A DNA stretch of 64,000 nt from Squalus acanthias (Eukaryota): assembly GCA_030390025.1 (NCBI GenBank), contig CM059432.1, forward strand, positions 125,054,001 to 125,118,000, written 5' to 3'. The translations under genes and the position numbers were made by a program. The notes beneath the pieces are model-generated. The model was not told the origin of the DNA, did not search any database, and was given only the letters and a program-made list of their open reading frames with translations. Below are positions 37,510 through 50,124 of this stretch, in pieces; positions within the stretch are counted from its first letter, which is position 1, and the number at the start of each line of letters is the position of its first letter.

Positions 37510-40500
37510 TTGCACAGAGCAGGATTAAACAGAGTGGACTTGAACAGAGTGTTTTATTTAGGAATTTGGAGAAGAGGGGGAAGGAGTTGCTGCTTTTTAC
37601 CTACACTACTTGTAGTGCTTTGTGTTATAGGTAGACACTTAATTTCAGTATCCTTAACTTAAGCTAGATCAAGTAAGTAGTCAAGAAACTACACTGTAAA
37701 CCAAGTTATTTAATTAAATTTGTATTTAGGTAAAACAAGGTCATATAGGGATGGCAGTGCAGGTGGTGTGCCACAATTGCTGCTTGTGTAGAGCATGGTG
37801 ATCCCCGACAACCACGTTTGCAGTAAGTGCCTGCATCTTGAGGAACTTCAGCTCAATTTGTGAGCTGGAGTCTGAGGTGCAGACATTGTGGGGCATCAGG
37901 GATGGGGAGAGTTACCTGGAGACTTTGATCCAGGAGGCAGTCACACCCCCTTAGGTTAGGTATTGGTACAGGTCTGGTTAGCGGTCAGGGACAGGAGGGT
38001 GTGACTGCAACTCAGGCAGGTAAGGGGACCTCAGGTGCAGTGCTGGAGGAGCCTCAGCCTTTGTCCAACAGGTATGAGGTTCTTGCTGCCTGTGTATGAG
38101 AGGGAAAAGCCTGCAGGATGGATGAGCAAGCTAACCATGGTGCAGGAGGTCATTCAAGTTGGGGGGGGGGGGGGGGGGGGGGGCAAAGGTGAAAGGGAAT
38201 GTAGTTGTGGTAGGGGACAGTATAGTCAGGGGGATAGATACTGTTCCCTGCAGCCACGACCGAGAGTTCCGAAGGTTGTGTTGCCTGCACGGTGCCAGGG
38301 TTAAAGACATCTCCTTGCGGCTGAACAACAACAACTTGGAGAGGGAGGGGGAGGATCCAGTTGCCGTGGTCCACATTAGGAACCAACGACATAGGTAGAA
38401 CTAAGAATGAGGTTCTGCTGAGGGAGTTTGATCCCAAATTAAAAAGTAGAACCTCAAAAAAGGTAATAATCTCTGGATTGTTACCCAAGCCACATGCAAA
38501 TTGGCATAGGGACAAACAGATTAGAGGTTTAAATGCGTGGCTCAAAGAGTGGTGTGGGAGGAAGTGGTTCATTCATGGGGTACTGGCACCAGTACTGGGG
38601 AAAGAGGGAGCTGTTCCGTTGGGACGGGCTCCACTTAAACCGGGCTGAGACCAGTGTCCTGGCGAACAGAATAACTAGGGTAGTAGACAGGGCTTTAAAC
38701 TAACGAAGGGGGGTGGGAGGATTCAGGAAAGAGTAAATTTAAAAGCAGCGATAGAAATGTCAAGGCTCTAGAGCAGAGTAGAGTTTTGGGTAAAAATAAG
38801 CAGAGTGGGTCAGGAAGGGACAGAGAGAGTAACAAAGGTAATAAGGCATCAGTGATTAAGGTGATATCAGGGAAAAATAGACATAAGTCAAAGCTAAAAG
38901 CACTATATCTGAATGTGCGAAGCATTCGCAACAAAATAGATGCATTAATAGCGCAGATAGAAATTAACAGGCTTGATCTAATAGCCATAAAAGACGTGGT
39001 TGCAAAGTAGCCAAGGTTGGGAAGTAAATATTCCAGGATACTTAACTTTTAGAAGAGTTAGGCAAAATGGAAAAGGAGGAGGGGTAGCCCTGATAATAAA
39101 GGATGAGATAAAGACAGTAGAGAGAAAGGATCTTAGCTCCGAAAATTGTTTGGGTGCAGCTAAGAAACAACAAGGGGCAGAAAACATTGGTGGGAGGTGT
39201 TTATAGGCCCCCAAATAGTAGCTGTAATATAGGGCAGAGTATAAATCAGGAAATTAGAGGCACATGTAATAAGGGTAATACAGTAATCATGGGGGACTTT
39301 AATCTACATATAGACTGGGCAAACTAAATTTGTGGAGGACAAATTCATAGAATGTATGCAAGATAGTTTTCTAGATCAGTATGTTGAGGAACCAACTAGG
39401 GGACAGGCTATTTTAGATCTAGTATTGTGCAATGAAAAAGGGGCCTTTAGCGAAGAGTGACCAAGAGATTTAGTTAAATCCGAAACTATGGTCTTACATC
39501 TGAACAAAGCAAACTACGTAGGTATGAGGGGAGAGTTGGCTAAGGTAGATTGGGAAACTACATTAAAAAGGTATGATGGTAGACAAGCAATGGCTAGCAT
39601 TTAAAGAATCAAGACATAATTAACAAATATACATTCCTTTCAGGCACAGAAACCCCACCAGGAAAAGTGGTCCAACCATAGCTAACGAGAAGTTACAGAT
39701 AGTATTAAATCAAAGGAAGAGGCTTATAATGTTGCCAAATAGCAAGCCTGAGGATTGGGAGGATTTTAGAATTCAGCAAAGGAGGATCAAGAAATTGATA
39801 AAGAAAGGGAAAAATAAAATGAGTAAACTAGCAAGAGACATAAAAACAGACTGTAAAAGCTTCTATAGGTATGTAAAAGGGAAAAAGATTAGCAAAAGTA
39901 AATGTGGGTCCCTTACAGGCTGAGACAGGAGAAATTATAATGGGGAATAAGGAAATGGCAGAGAAATTAAACAAACACGGTGTCTGTCTTCACGGAAGAC
40001 GCAAAAGAATTCCCAGAAAGTGGAGAACCAAGGGTCTAGCGAGAATAAGGAATGGAAAGAAATTAGTATTAGCAAAAAAAAAAAAAGTACTGGAGAAATT
40101 AATGGGACTGAAAGCCGATAAATCCCCTGGAGCTGATGGCCTAGATCCTAAGGTTTTGAAAGGTGGCTATAGAGATAGTGGATGCATTGATTGTCATTTT
40201 CCAAAATTTCTGATTCTAGAACGTTTCCCACAGATTGGAAGGTAGCAAATGTAACCCCACTATTTAAGAAAAGGAGGGAAGAGAGAAAATGGGGAACTAC
40301 AGACCAGTTAGCCTGACATCAGTAGTAGGGAAAATGCTAGAATCGATTAAGAATGTGGTAACAGGGCACTTAGAAAATAATAGGATTGGGTAGAGTCAAC
40401 AAGGATTTATGAAATGGAAATCGTGTTTGATAAATTTAATGGCCCGAAAATTAGACCTAATGCGGGAGAGTACGCACTGTGTACTCTCGTGTATTAGGTC

Positions 40501-42370
40501 CCGAAGTGCCGGTTTCCTGCATGCACGGGAAACCGGCACTTTGGGTATTGCGAAGGGGGCGGTTCCCAAGTGAACCGCGTGCGCGCTACATGTTGTGCGC
40601 ACGCAGCGCACTAGTTTTTTTTTCAGGTTTGAACGCGCAGGTAAGTGTTGAAGATTTTACACATAAAGAAAGCAGGCGTAAGACCCCCTTTTAACAAGTA
40701 GTTAATTAAGTATTATTTTAAATTTTTTTCAACAGGTTTATCTTTTTTAGAGACTTTAAAGAAAGGTAAGTTTATTTTTATAACTTTTAAAAAGAATTTA
40801 AATTTTTTAAAAATTTTAATTTTTGTTTAAAGTGGTTAATTTATTTAACTATAGTTATTTTATTAATGCGATGGCTTTTTTTTAAAATTTAATTGAGGTT
40901 TAGCTGTTCTTTTGGGGGCTTGTTGTATTCATAGTTTTGACAGCACTTGCTGTCAAAACGATAAATGAAAGATGGTGTGCTGCCATTGGCTCTAACTGGC
41001 CCACGTGATCCCAGAGGTCGCATCGAATTAACTGCGCCTCTGGGACACGCACACACTGCGCGCCGGCACCAGGGAGAGGCCCAGGAATTGAAGTTCGTGT
41101 GGGCCAAAACCATAAAGGTAGGCGCAGAGTGCGATATCGCGGGGGATCCTTACCCCCGCGGCAACCATCGAACTCCAATTTCTGGGCCATTAGAGTTTTT
41201 TGAGGATGTAACTAGCAGAATAGATAAGGGGGAACCAGTGGATATGGTGCATTTGGATTTTCAGAAGGCATTAGATAAGGTGCCACCCAAGAGGTTATTA
41301 AACAAAATTAGGGCTCAAGGGATTGGGGGGAAATATACTAGCATGGACTGAGGATTGGTTAACAGACAGAAAACAGGAGTAGGAATAAACGGGTCATTTT
41401 CAGGTTGGCAGGCTGTAACTAGTGAGGTATCGCAAGGATCAGTGCTCGGGCCTCAGCTATTCACAATCTAGATCAATGATTTGGATGAGGGGACCAAATG
41501 TAATATATCCAAGTTTGCTGATGATACAAAGCTGGGTGGGAATGAAAGTTGAGGAGAATGCAAGGAGGCTTCAAGGGGATATAGACAGGCTACGTGAGTG
41601 GGTAAGAACATGGCAAATGGAATATAATGTGGAGAAATGTGAAGTTATCCACTTTGGTAGGAAAAATAGAAAAGCAGAGTATTTTTTAAAATGGTGAGAG
41701 ATTGGGAAATGTTGGTGTTGAGAGGGATTTGGGTGTCCTTGTACACAAATCACTGAAAATTAACATGCAGGTACAGCAAGCAATTAGGAAAGCAAATGGT
41801 ATGTTGGCCTTTATTACAAGAGGATTTGAGTATAAGAGTGAAGACATCTTACTGCAATTATATAGGGCCCTGGTGAGACCACACCTGGAGTATTGTGTAC
41901 AGTTTTGGTCTACTTACCCAAGGAAGGGTATACTCGTCATAGAGGGAGTGCAACGAAGGTTCACCAGACTGATTCCTGGGATGGAGGGATTGTCCTATAA
42001 GGAGAGATTGAGTAGACTAGGCCTATATTCTCTGGAGTTTAGAAGAATGAGATGTGATCTCATTGAAACATACAAAATTCTTACAGGGCTTGACAGGGTA
42101 GATGCAGTGAGGAGGTTTCCCCTGGCTGGGAGTCTTGAACCAGGGGTCACCGTCTCAGAATAAGGGGTCGGCCATTTAGGACTGAGATGAGGAGAAATTT
42201 CTTCACGGAGGATGGTGAATCTTTGGAATTCTCTACCCCAGAGGGCTGTGGAGAAGGCTCAGTCGTTGAGTATATTCAAGACAGAGATCGATAGATTTTT
42301 GAATATTAAGGGAACCAAAGGATGTGGGGATAGTGCAGGAAAGTAGAGATGAGGTAGAAGATCAGCCATG
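37510..42370 (+). mobile_element. Near-full-length but frameshifted CR1 LINE (ORF1 zinc finger + SGNH esterase; ORF2 APE-RT) antisense in FBXO43 intron 2
   Basis: ORF1 remnants: CHNC..CSKC, VVVGDSIVRGID, CCLHGARVKDI, GTND. ORF2 remnants: LYLNVRSIRNK, GGGVAL, GDFN, DFQKA, FADD, LVRPHLEYC. Confidence 0.92.
40441..41188. mobile_element. MITE inserted into CR1 ORF2
   Basis: TIRs GGCCCGAAAATT / AATTTCTGGGCC. CR1 motif SCLINL|LEFFED is split exactly here. AT-rich core with CpG-rich ends. Confidence 0.85.
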
Positions 42371-42626
42371 AAACAATGTGTCGAATTAAAACCTTTAAAA
42401 TGGAAGATGTACTAAAGATAGTGTAGATGGTGAGGTTACTGAAAATGAAAGGTACAAGAGACCCATTATTCCAAGGTTACGATAATTTGCAGAAAGTTTA
42501 GTGTACATCCAACTAAAATGCACTGTGTATTTTTTTGGGCAGGAGTGGGAAGCAGAGGAATCTAGCACATCTGGCTAGTAATATAAAGAATTGGAGAAGC
42601 CTTTGTTTGCATATTACCAATCTTAC

Positions 42627-44144
42627 CTGCAGATATCTTCTACAGTTAAGTGGCACAAAATGAGAGAGAGAATATGTGTCAAATTTCTGTTAAACAGTTC
42701 TTTCAGAATATCCACTTTTTCTAAACCCATTTTTCTGCCAATGAGTCTAATTAGTGAGGGCATAGATTCAGCCAATGCCTTTTCCTCAGAAAGACTCAGA
42801 TCCTGCACAGTGGTATCTCCTGGCCTTTTCCTTTTCCTCATGCACATTTCCTGCACCAACTGTAAAGCAGGGGTGCGAGACAAATCCTCAAACTTTAGTA
42901 GAGATTCCTCACAGGTTTTGTCCTCAAAGACCAACTCATCCTCTTTAATGGGAGATCCTAGGTTGTAATCTGATCCCATTAGAAGAGCTCCTCTGTTTTC
43001 ATCTTCTGCCTCAGACTGGGAACCTCGCTCGTTGAGAGTGGATAACCGCTTGGTTCTTTCCAAATTTCTTTGAGACTTTTTACAATTTAGCATCTTGGGG
43101 GTTTTTTTCTGGTTTGGCACCAATTCCTGGAAGGAACATTCATTGTTTGAAAAGGAATCAGATTTTTCCAAACCAACTGAATTATAGCCACTGTCCTCAG
43201 TTGTTGAGGTATCCAGTTTGCCATGTGAAGGGGTCCTGGATGATGACCTACTCTCAGACAAGTTTACATTGAAGTTCACTGCAAAGCTGCTCACTGGTGT
43301 AAGAAACTGGTCGCCTCCAGGTACTTTAGGCTTTCCATGGCTAGATGGTGTTTCAAAGGACTCTGCCGAAGTGCATTCATCATAGTCTTCAGAGCAAGAG
43401 AAACCACTCAAGTCAAGCTTACTGTATATAGTGGATTGATCAAGGGTTACACATTCAGCAGGTATTAGCTGATTCTTATCCTTTAAGTCATCTATTGTGG
43501 AGGTTCGCTGCTGTGCAAACAAATACCTTTTAGTTCTACATGAAGTGCCACTTTCCTCACTGTTTAAAGTGCTGGTTGCCAAAGGTTCAAAGTTCAAGTC
43601 TCCAGGAGAGTCCAGTGAGCTATCTGAACAGAAAGAGTCCTTATAACATATTCTGGTACAAGACCATTCTACCGTACCAGCTTCAGTAGATTGAAGAAGA
43701 GTTCTGCACAATTCTACACTTCCACTTGAGGCTAGGTGTGACTCAAGAAGTCGCCGCCGTAATGTGATGGTCTTGCCAGTTACCCGAGGTGTTTCAAACT
43801 GAATTGGTGAAATGGAGTTGGTCCTTTTCCCATCAAACTTACTTTCAACTGAAAAGGATGATGGTTGACCAATGCGGAACTGTCTTTCTTTGCACACTAC
43901 AGGAGACATTTTAACAGTAAGTGAATCAAGCTCTCCAATAGTGCCACTGGAATAATTAGCTGAATGAGTTGTGCTTTCTGCTTCATTATATCCACTGTCC
44001 TGTCTTAATGACTTATGCCCAAAGGATTTAAAGCTTTCTTCAGGATTGGCCCCTTGTTGCTCAGTGGCAGTTGACAGTTCACAAGAATGCCTCAGTAAAC
44101 TCAACATCTTGACACAAAGGACAACACAACTAAGTCTTCCAGTC
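42627..44144 (-). CDS. FBXO43: FBXO43 large coding exon 2 (1518 nt): regulatory N-terminal region and start of F-box
   Basis: Reads ttctag|G...AG|gtaag. Contains DSGYNE, QQRTSTID, DSGYNS, RLSTLNERGSQS, TPALQLV and LIGRKMGLEKVDIL. Confidence 0.96.
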
Positions 44145-45988
44145 CTAGAACAGAAACACAAATGGCTACATTATATTTAAAATGAAGAATCAAAGATCAT
44201 TTGAATTTCTGAGTCAAGTCAGAAATTCATTTATAATTCTTGAATTTTCCCAAGTTTTAGAACATCACTGGTCTACAGTAAATGTAGAAATTTAGATTGT
44301 CAGCCAGAAATATGGTCATCCTATTCTTTGTATTTGGCAGTGGCATTTTTCTAAAACTTTGCTCCTAGCCATTCCCTCACATCTGACTGTATGGCTTGGA
44401 GAAGCATGTTTATTTTTTTTAAATTGCATTTATATTTTTCAATCAATCAGTTAATTGGCATCTCATATGGTATCTTTATCAAACAGTCTGGAATGGGACC
44501 TTATTCAGTTCAAGATTACCAGACAAGCTACTAAATTTTAGAGGCAGAGGTAACTGCAGAGGACTTCAGACTCTCCCTCTTTCCCCCACACACCCTTTTT
44601 CCTCCTCTACTCCATCAGTAAGTTTGCAAACTAGTTTATAACATTTTACATAAATCCATTATTAAAAAGGAAAAGCATCTAAATTAACAAAAACTCTCCT
44701 CTATGTAAAAGATGAATGAGGGAAGAAAATTTGATTCTTACATAAGTCACATCTATAGTACACCACACATTAAAAAACTTCTAAATCCCCATTGTAGTTT
44801 TGGACTTGAGGCATGTGGCATAGATCAGTTCCATACTTTGGAACCAATGCGGTGATTGAAGAGAGAAAGGAACACTGCTGGAAACAGCCAAAAAGGACAT
44901 GGATGAACTACATGGAGAAAACTGAAAGGAAAAAAAGTATTCCTTTTAATTCTGCACAAGGAGCTGACTCAATATGTTCATTCTCCCACCATACTTTAAT
45001 TGAATGCAAAAGTAAGCATCTTATTAAAAAAGAGTTTAAAAATATTCATCCCTCCTTTTGGTGGCAATATCATAATGAAGGGAGAACCTGCCTCTTAAAC
45101 TACCTCGAGAGCGCTGTAATTTGTACCTTTGAATCCCAAGCCCAAGTTGACCATTTGGGAATCAAGGTCTGAACCTACACCAATGGGTTTTGTGATTTTA
45201 ACAATCAAGGGAAGTCCTACCAGATATCAATGCACATCTTCTGTTGCAATTACTTCATGAGCACATTTTCACAAATACAAAAGTCAGTATACATTTCACC
45301 CCTCCCCTACTGTAACACCGTCCTTTTAGGGAAATTAAAACTCAGTTGTTTGGTCAAGATTATGTATTACACGTGGCAAGATTAGGAAAAGGAGATGGCA
45401 TGCACTTTCTACATACACGCAAAAATAAGGATAGATATCAATATATATAACAAACACACACACACAGGACAAATACTTTCCAGCAGGACCCACCATGTCC
45501 CAAGACTCTTCTGCTCCTCACCTAGGGTAATAAGATGTACTGTACCAATAGTCAGAGATCAGTTAACATCACAACCCTTAGATCCTCGTCTACATGGACA
45601 CTGGCAGGACACTAGTGCATTTACTCACTATTAAACAATCAGAATTGTTGAGGGGGGGGAAGAAAGAGAAGGAAAGAGTGTAATAGTATATCCCAACACA
45701 TCTAAAGATCTAAAAGAGGAAAAAACACATGGTCGTTTAAACTGTTCCCTAAAAAGTTTAAGCGTTCCTTACAGATTTCCTGTGAAATGCAGCAAGTACA
45801 GAATACTCCCCATACCAACACCAGTTCGTTTTCCCCACAGGAGTGCAATACTCCTTTACTCAGGATAGAACGGCACCCAGCCACCTCCTACGAAGACAAG
45901 CAAAAAAGGTGAAATAAAATACCATGGCACACACACAACATGGGAATTGAATTTTAAAGCTACTTTCTAATTCTATTAAAAGGGTCAC

Positions 45989-46014
45989 CTTTCAGAATTG
46001 TACAGTCGCTCCAT
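45989..46014 (-). CDS. FBXO43: FBXO43 probable first coding exon (MERLYNSE + phase-2 AG); an alternative in-frame ATG lies at 46050
   Basis: Reads ATG...GAAAG|gtgacc. Phase 2 matches the exon 2 acceptor. Sits in a CpG-rich patch. Confidence 0.6.
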
Positions 46015-46049
46015 GTATTCCCTTCCGTGGAAAGCACACCGTGTGTACA

Positions 46050-46600
46050 TACGCACAGTTGGCTGTGGCGGATGACAAACGCTGAGGATTAAATGAATTA
46101 CACTGGGGTCCCGTGTAGTGCGCGGCCGAGGGAGCGCTGCTGGAAGAGATGCACTCGCTATAGCAACGTGTCGAGAGCGCGCTCTGCCCTTCAATCCCTG
46201 CCCATCGTCTTGGGAACCAGATGCTGCCTCCACGCGAAGCCCTCTTTGCAGGTTCCCTCGTTTGGATTTGAATTTTGCGCCACTACGATCCAAACCAGCC
46301 GTTTGCGTTTGCCCGCTAAACCAGCTTTAAATGACCGCCAAAAAGAGCCCAGACAGGGACAGACGCTCACAAACTACCTTCTCCGGGACAGACTGTAGCT
46401 TACAGAGAACCAGTTAGAATTTTAAAAAAGGGACTGGCCATGGCGGTCTGCTCTGCACACTTAATCTCCATGTACAGCTTTTTTTTTATCAGTGGCGATT
46501 GTACGAGGCGATTAATATCGTTGACGTCAGTTTCGCGCACACAAAGCCGAACAACCGCCTCCAAGTAAGCTACCTTGAAAGAGACTTCGCTTTTTACCTT
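46050..46600. promoter_or_regulatory. CpG-rich proximal FBXO43 promoter candidate
   Basis: Perfect CRE TGACGTCA (46522-46529) next to an E2F site TTTCGCGC (46531-46538). CHR-like TTTGAA near 46267. Confidence 0.55.
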
Positions 46601-47160
46601 AGAGACACCCTGGGAATTTTGACAGACTATAAAGACTAAATATAGGCCGGCAAAATTCGTATAATCCCCAAAATGCTGTATATTTATTACACAAGATTAC
46701 ATTTCATTTTTGAAGACTACTTTGCGATAGGAATTGTCACCCCAGTTGGTCACCGATGCGTTCGCTCTCCCTTATTACAATGTCAACAAGAAGCCAAGTT
46801 GTTTTGGTCTGTTGGGGCGTTCTTTTTGCAGTGTTAGTCCAGTGGTAGCCAGCGCACCTGAAAAACACTGGTTTTGCAGCATTACTATGTGCTGCTGACT
46901 TAAATTAAAATGCCCAGGCAATTATCATCTTGTGTTTCGAATCACTAGAAGAGCCGGCAAGAGTCAGTGTTTCGCAGAGCTCCATCTCCCCGCACCCCCC
47001 AAACTTGAGTGATGTGAACTAGTGAGAATACAAGATACTAAAAGGCAGAAAAGGCAATTTCCTCCCACAAGCCCAGATCTTTAATCGGGGATGTCAACCC
47101 TACCTATTCACCATATTCCCAAATCCTCTGTTGCCAGAAGCACATCTAGTTGTCTGGAAC

Positions 47161-47234
47161 AACAACAGAAAACGCTGGAAAAACTCAGCAGGCCAGGCAG
47201 CATCCGTGGAGAGAGAAAGAGAGTTAACGTTTCT
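47161..47234 (-). mobile_element. Family-A Penelope-like mini-insertion truncated at GAAAC, 12-bp TSD
   Basis: TSD GTTGTCTGGAAC (47149-47160, 47235-47246). Body matches 13893-13965. Confidence 0.85.
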
Positions 47235-48316
47235 GTTGTCTGGAACCCATTTATCCTATTCGCTTGATGATTTTTTTTGGTAATTTATTCTATATTTTGA
47301 TTACTCTGTGAAATAGTTCAGTCTCCGAGAGCTTGGGGAGGAAAGAGCTGGGTGAAAACCCGACCGAGTTGGCCACCCTGCAGCCAGTGGGAGAGAACTC
47401 AGGAGGATAGCAAGTGGGTGGCCATCCGACTGGGTAGGAAGAGGCAGGCAGTGCAGTTTCCTCCGGGAGTGTGGTGCTCACACCGGTTTTCAGTACTGAA
47501 TACCGGAGAGGGTGAGAACATCCATGGTACCGTGGGGCAAATGACTGCAAGAGTGGGGGGGGGGGGGGGGGGCAGCAAAGTGTTAAAATGCAGTGGTCAT
47601 GGGGGATTAGATAGTCAGGATAGACAGACGTTGCTACAACTGCCACGAGTCCCACCTGCTGTGCTGCCTCCCTGGTGCCAGGGTAGAGGACATCACTAAA
47701 CTAGTGCAGAACATTCTGCGGGGGAGGGAAAAAAAGGAGACAGCCACAAGTGGTGGTTCATGTCGGAACCAATGACATAGTAACAGAAACAGTCGAGGTC
47801 CCACAGAATAGGTTTCAGGAGCTAGGGAGGAAGTTAAAGAGCAGGACCTCAAAGGGTAGTAATCTCTAGATTACCGTGCTAGTGAGTATAGAAACAGCAA
47901 GATAAAGCAGGTCCACGTGTGGCTGTAGAAATGGGGCAGGAGGGAGGGTTTCAGATTCCTGGGGCATTGGGACAAGTGGATGGATTGCACCTCAACAAGG
48001 CTGGGACCAATGTCCTTGCGGGGAGGTTAACTTGTGGTTTTTTTTTTGGGTGGGTGGAGAAAGAGAGAAAAATGTTTAAAATAATTTGGCTGGCACCAGG
48101 ATGAAGCACTTCTCTGCTCCTTTCTAATGCTGAGAGGACTGGGAGAGACAAACAGCATTAGAATAAAGAGTAGTTCAGAAATAGGAGGGATCAGATGGTA
48201 GAAATGCAAAACAGACAAAGGCAGGTTTGGAGTGTAATTCATAAATGCATGGAGTGTTAGAAATAAAGGTTGGTAAGCTGCAGGCACAAGAAGCCACATG
48301 GAATGATGATAGTGGC

Positions 48317-50124
48317 AATAGAAAAAAATGGGCGCAGGAGTAGGCCCTTCGAGCCTGCGCCGCCATTCAATATCATGGCTGATCCTCTATCTCAATACCA
48401 TATTCCCGCTCTCTCCCTATACCCCTTGATGCCTTTTGTGTCTAGAAATCTATCTATCTCCTTCTTAAATATATTCAGTGACTTGGCCTCCACAGCCTTC
48501 TGTGGTAGAGAATTCCACAGGTTCACCACCCTCTGAGTGAAGAAATTTCTCCTCATCTCAGTCCTAAATGTCCTACCCCGTATCCTGAGACTGTGACCCC
48601 TCGTTCTAGACCACCCCCCCCAGCCAGGCGAAACATCCTCCCTGCATCCAGTCGGTCTAGCCCTGTCAGAGTTTTATATGTTTCAATGAGATCCCCTCTC
48701 ATTCTTCTAAATTCTAGTGAATACAGGCCTAGTCGACCCGATCTCTCCTCATAAGACAGTCCTGCCATCCCAGGAATCAGTCTGGTGAACCTTCACTGCA
48801 CTCCCTCTATGGCAAATATATCCTCTTAGGTAAGGAGACCAAAACGGCACACAGTACTCCAGGTGTGGTCTCACCAAGGCTCTGTATAACTGTAGTAAGA
48901 CATCCTTGCTCCTGTACTCAAATCCTCTTGCAATGAGGGCCAACATGCCATTTGCCTTCCTAACTGCTTGCTACACCTGCATGTTTGCTTTCAGTGACTG
49001 ATGTACAAGGACACCCAGGTCCTTTTGTACATCAACATTTCCCAATCTATCACCATTTAAATAATTGCCTTTCTGTTTTTCCTACCGAAGTGGATAACGT
49101 CACATTTATCCACGTTATGCTGCATCTGCCATGTATTTGCCCACTCACTCTTGTCTGAATTGCCTTGAAGCCTCTTTGCATCCTCCTCACAACCCCACCT
49201 AGTTTTGTGTCGTCAGCAAACTTGGAAATATTACATTTGGTTCCCTCATCACAATATATATCAATGATTTGGAATAGCTGGGGCCCAAGCACTGATCCAG
49301 CGGTACCCCACTAGTCACCACCTGCCACCCTGAAAAAGACCCATTTATTCCTACTCTCTGTTTCCTGTCTGTTAACCAATTTTCAATCCATGCCAGTATA
49401 TTACCCCCAATCCCATGTGCTTTAATTTTGCACAGTAACTTCTTATGTGGGACTTTATCAAAGGCCTTCTGAAAATCCAAATACACCACATCCACTGGTT
49501 CTCCCTTATCTATTCCACCAGTTACATCCTCAAAAACTCCAGTAGGTTTGTCAAACATGATTTCCCTTTCATAAATCCATGTTGACTTTGTCTAATCCCG
49601 TTGATATTTTCTAAGTGTCCTGTTCTCACATCCTTTATAATAGACTCTAGCATTTTCCCTACTACTGACGTTAGGCTAACCGGTCTGTAGTTCCCGGTTT
49701 TCTCTCTCCCTCCTTTTTTTAAATAAATAGTGGTGTTACATTTGCTACCCTTCAATCTGCAGGAACGGCTTTCATAATCTATAGAATTTTGGAAGATGAC
49801 AACCAATGCATCCACTATTTCCATGGCTACCTCTTTTAGGACTCTGGGATGCAGATTATCAGGCCCTGGGGATTTATCAGCTTTCAGTCCCATTAATTTC
49901 TCCAGCACTATTTCTTTACTAATACTAATTTCCTTTAATGCCTCCTTCTCACTAGACCCTTGGTTCCCTAGCATTTCTGGGAAGTTATTTGTGTCCTCTT
50001 CCATGAAGACAGAACCAAAGTATTTGTTTAATTGCTATGCCATTTCCTTGTTCCCCATTATAAATTCTCCCGTTTGACTGTAAGGGACCTACATTTGTCT
50101 TCACTAATCTTTTTCTTTTTACAT
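48317..50124 (-). mobile_element. 5'-truncated CR1 RT copy, frameshifted
   Basis: ORFs 49522-50004, 49199-49558, 49050-49292 and 48749-48946 carry RT motifs. 3' end lies at about 48320. Confidence 0.92.
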
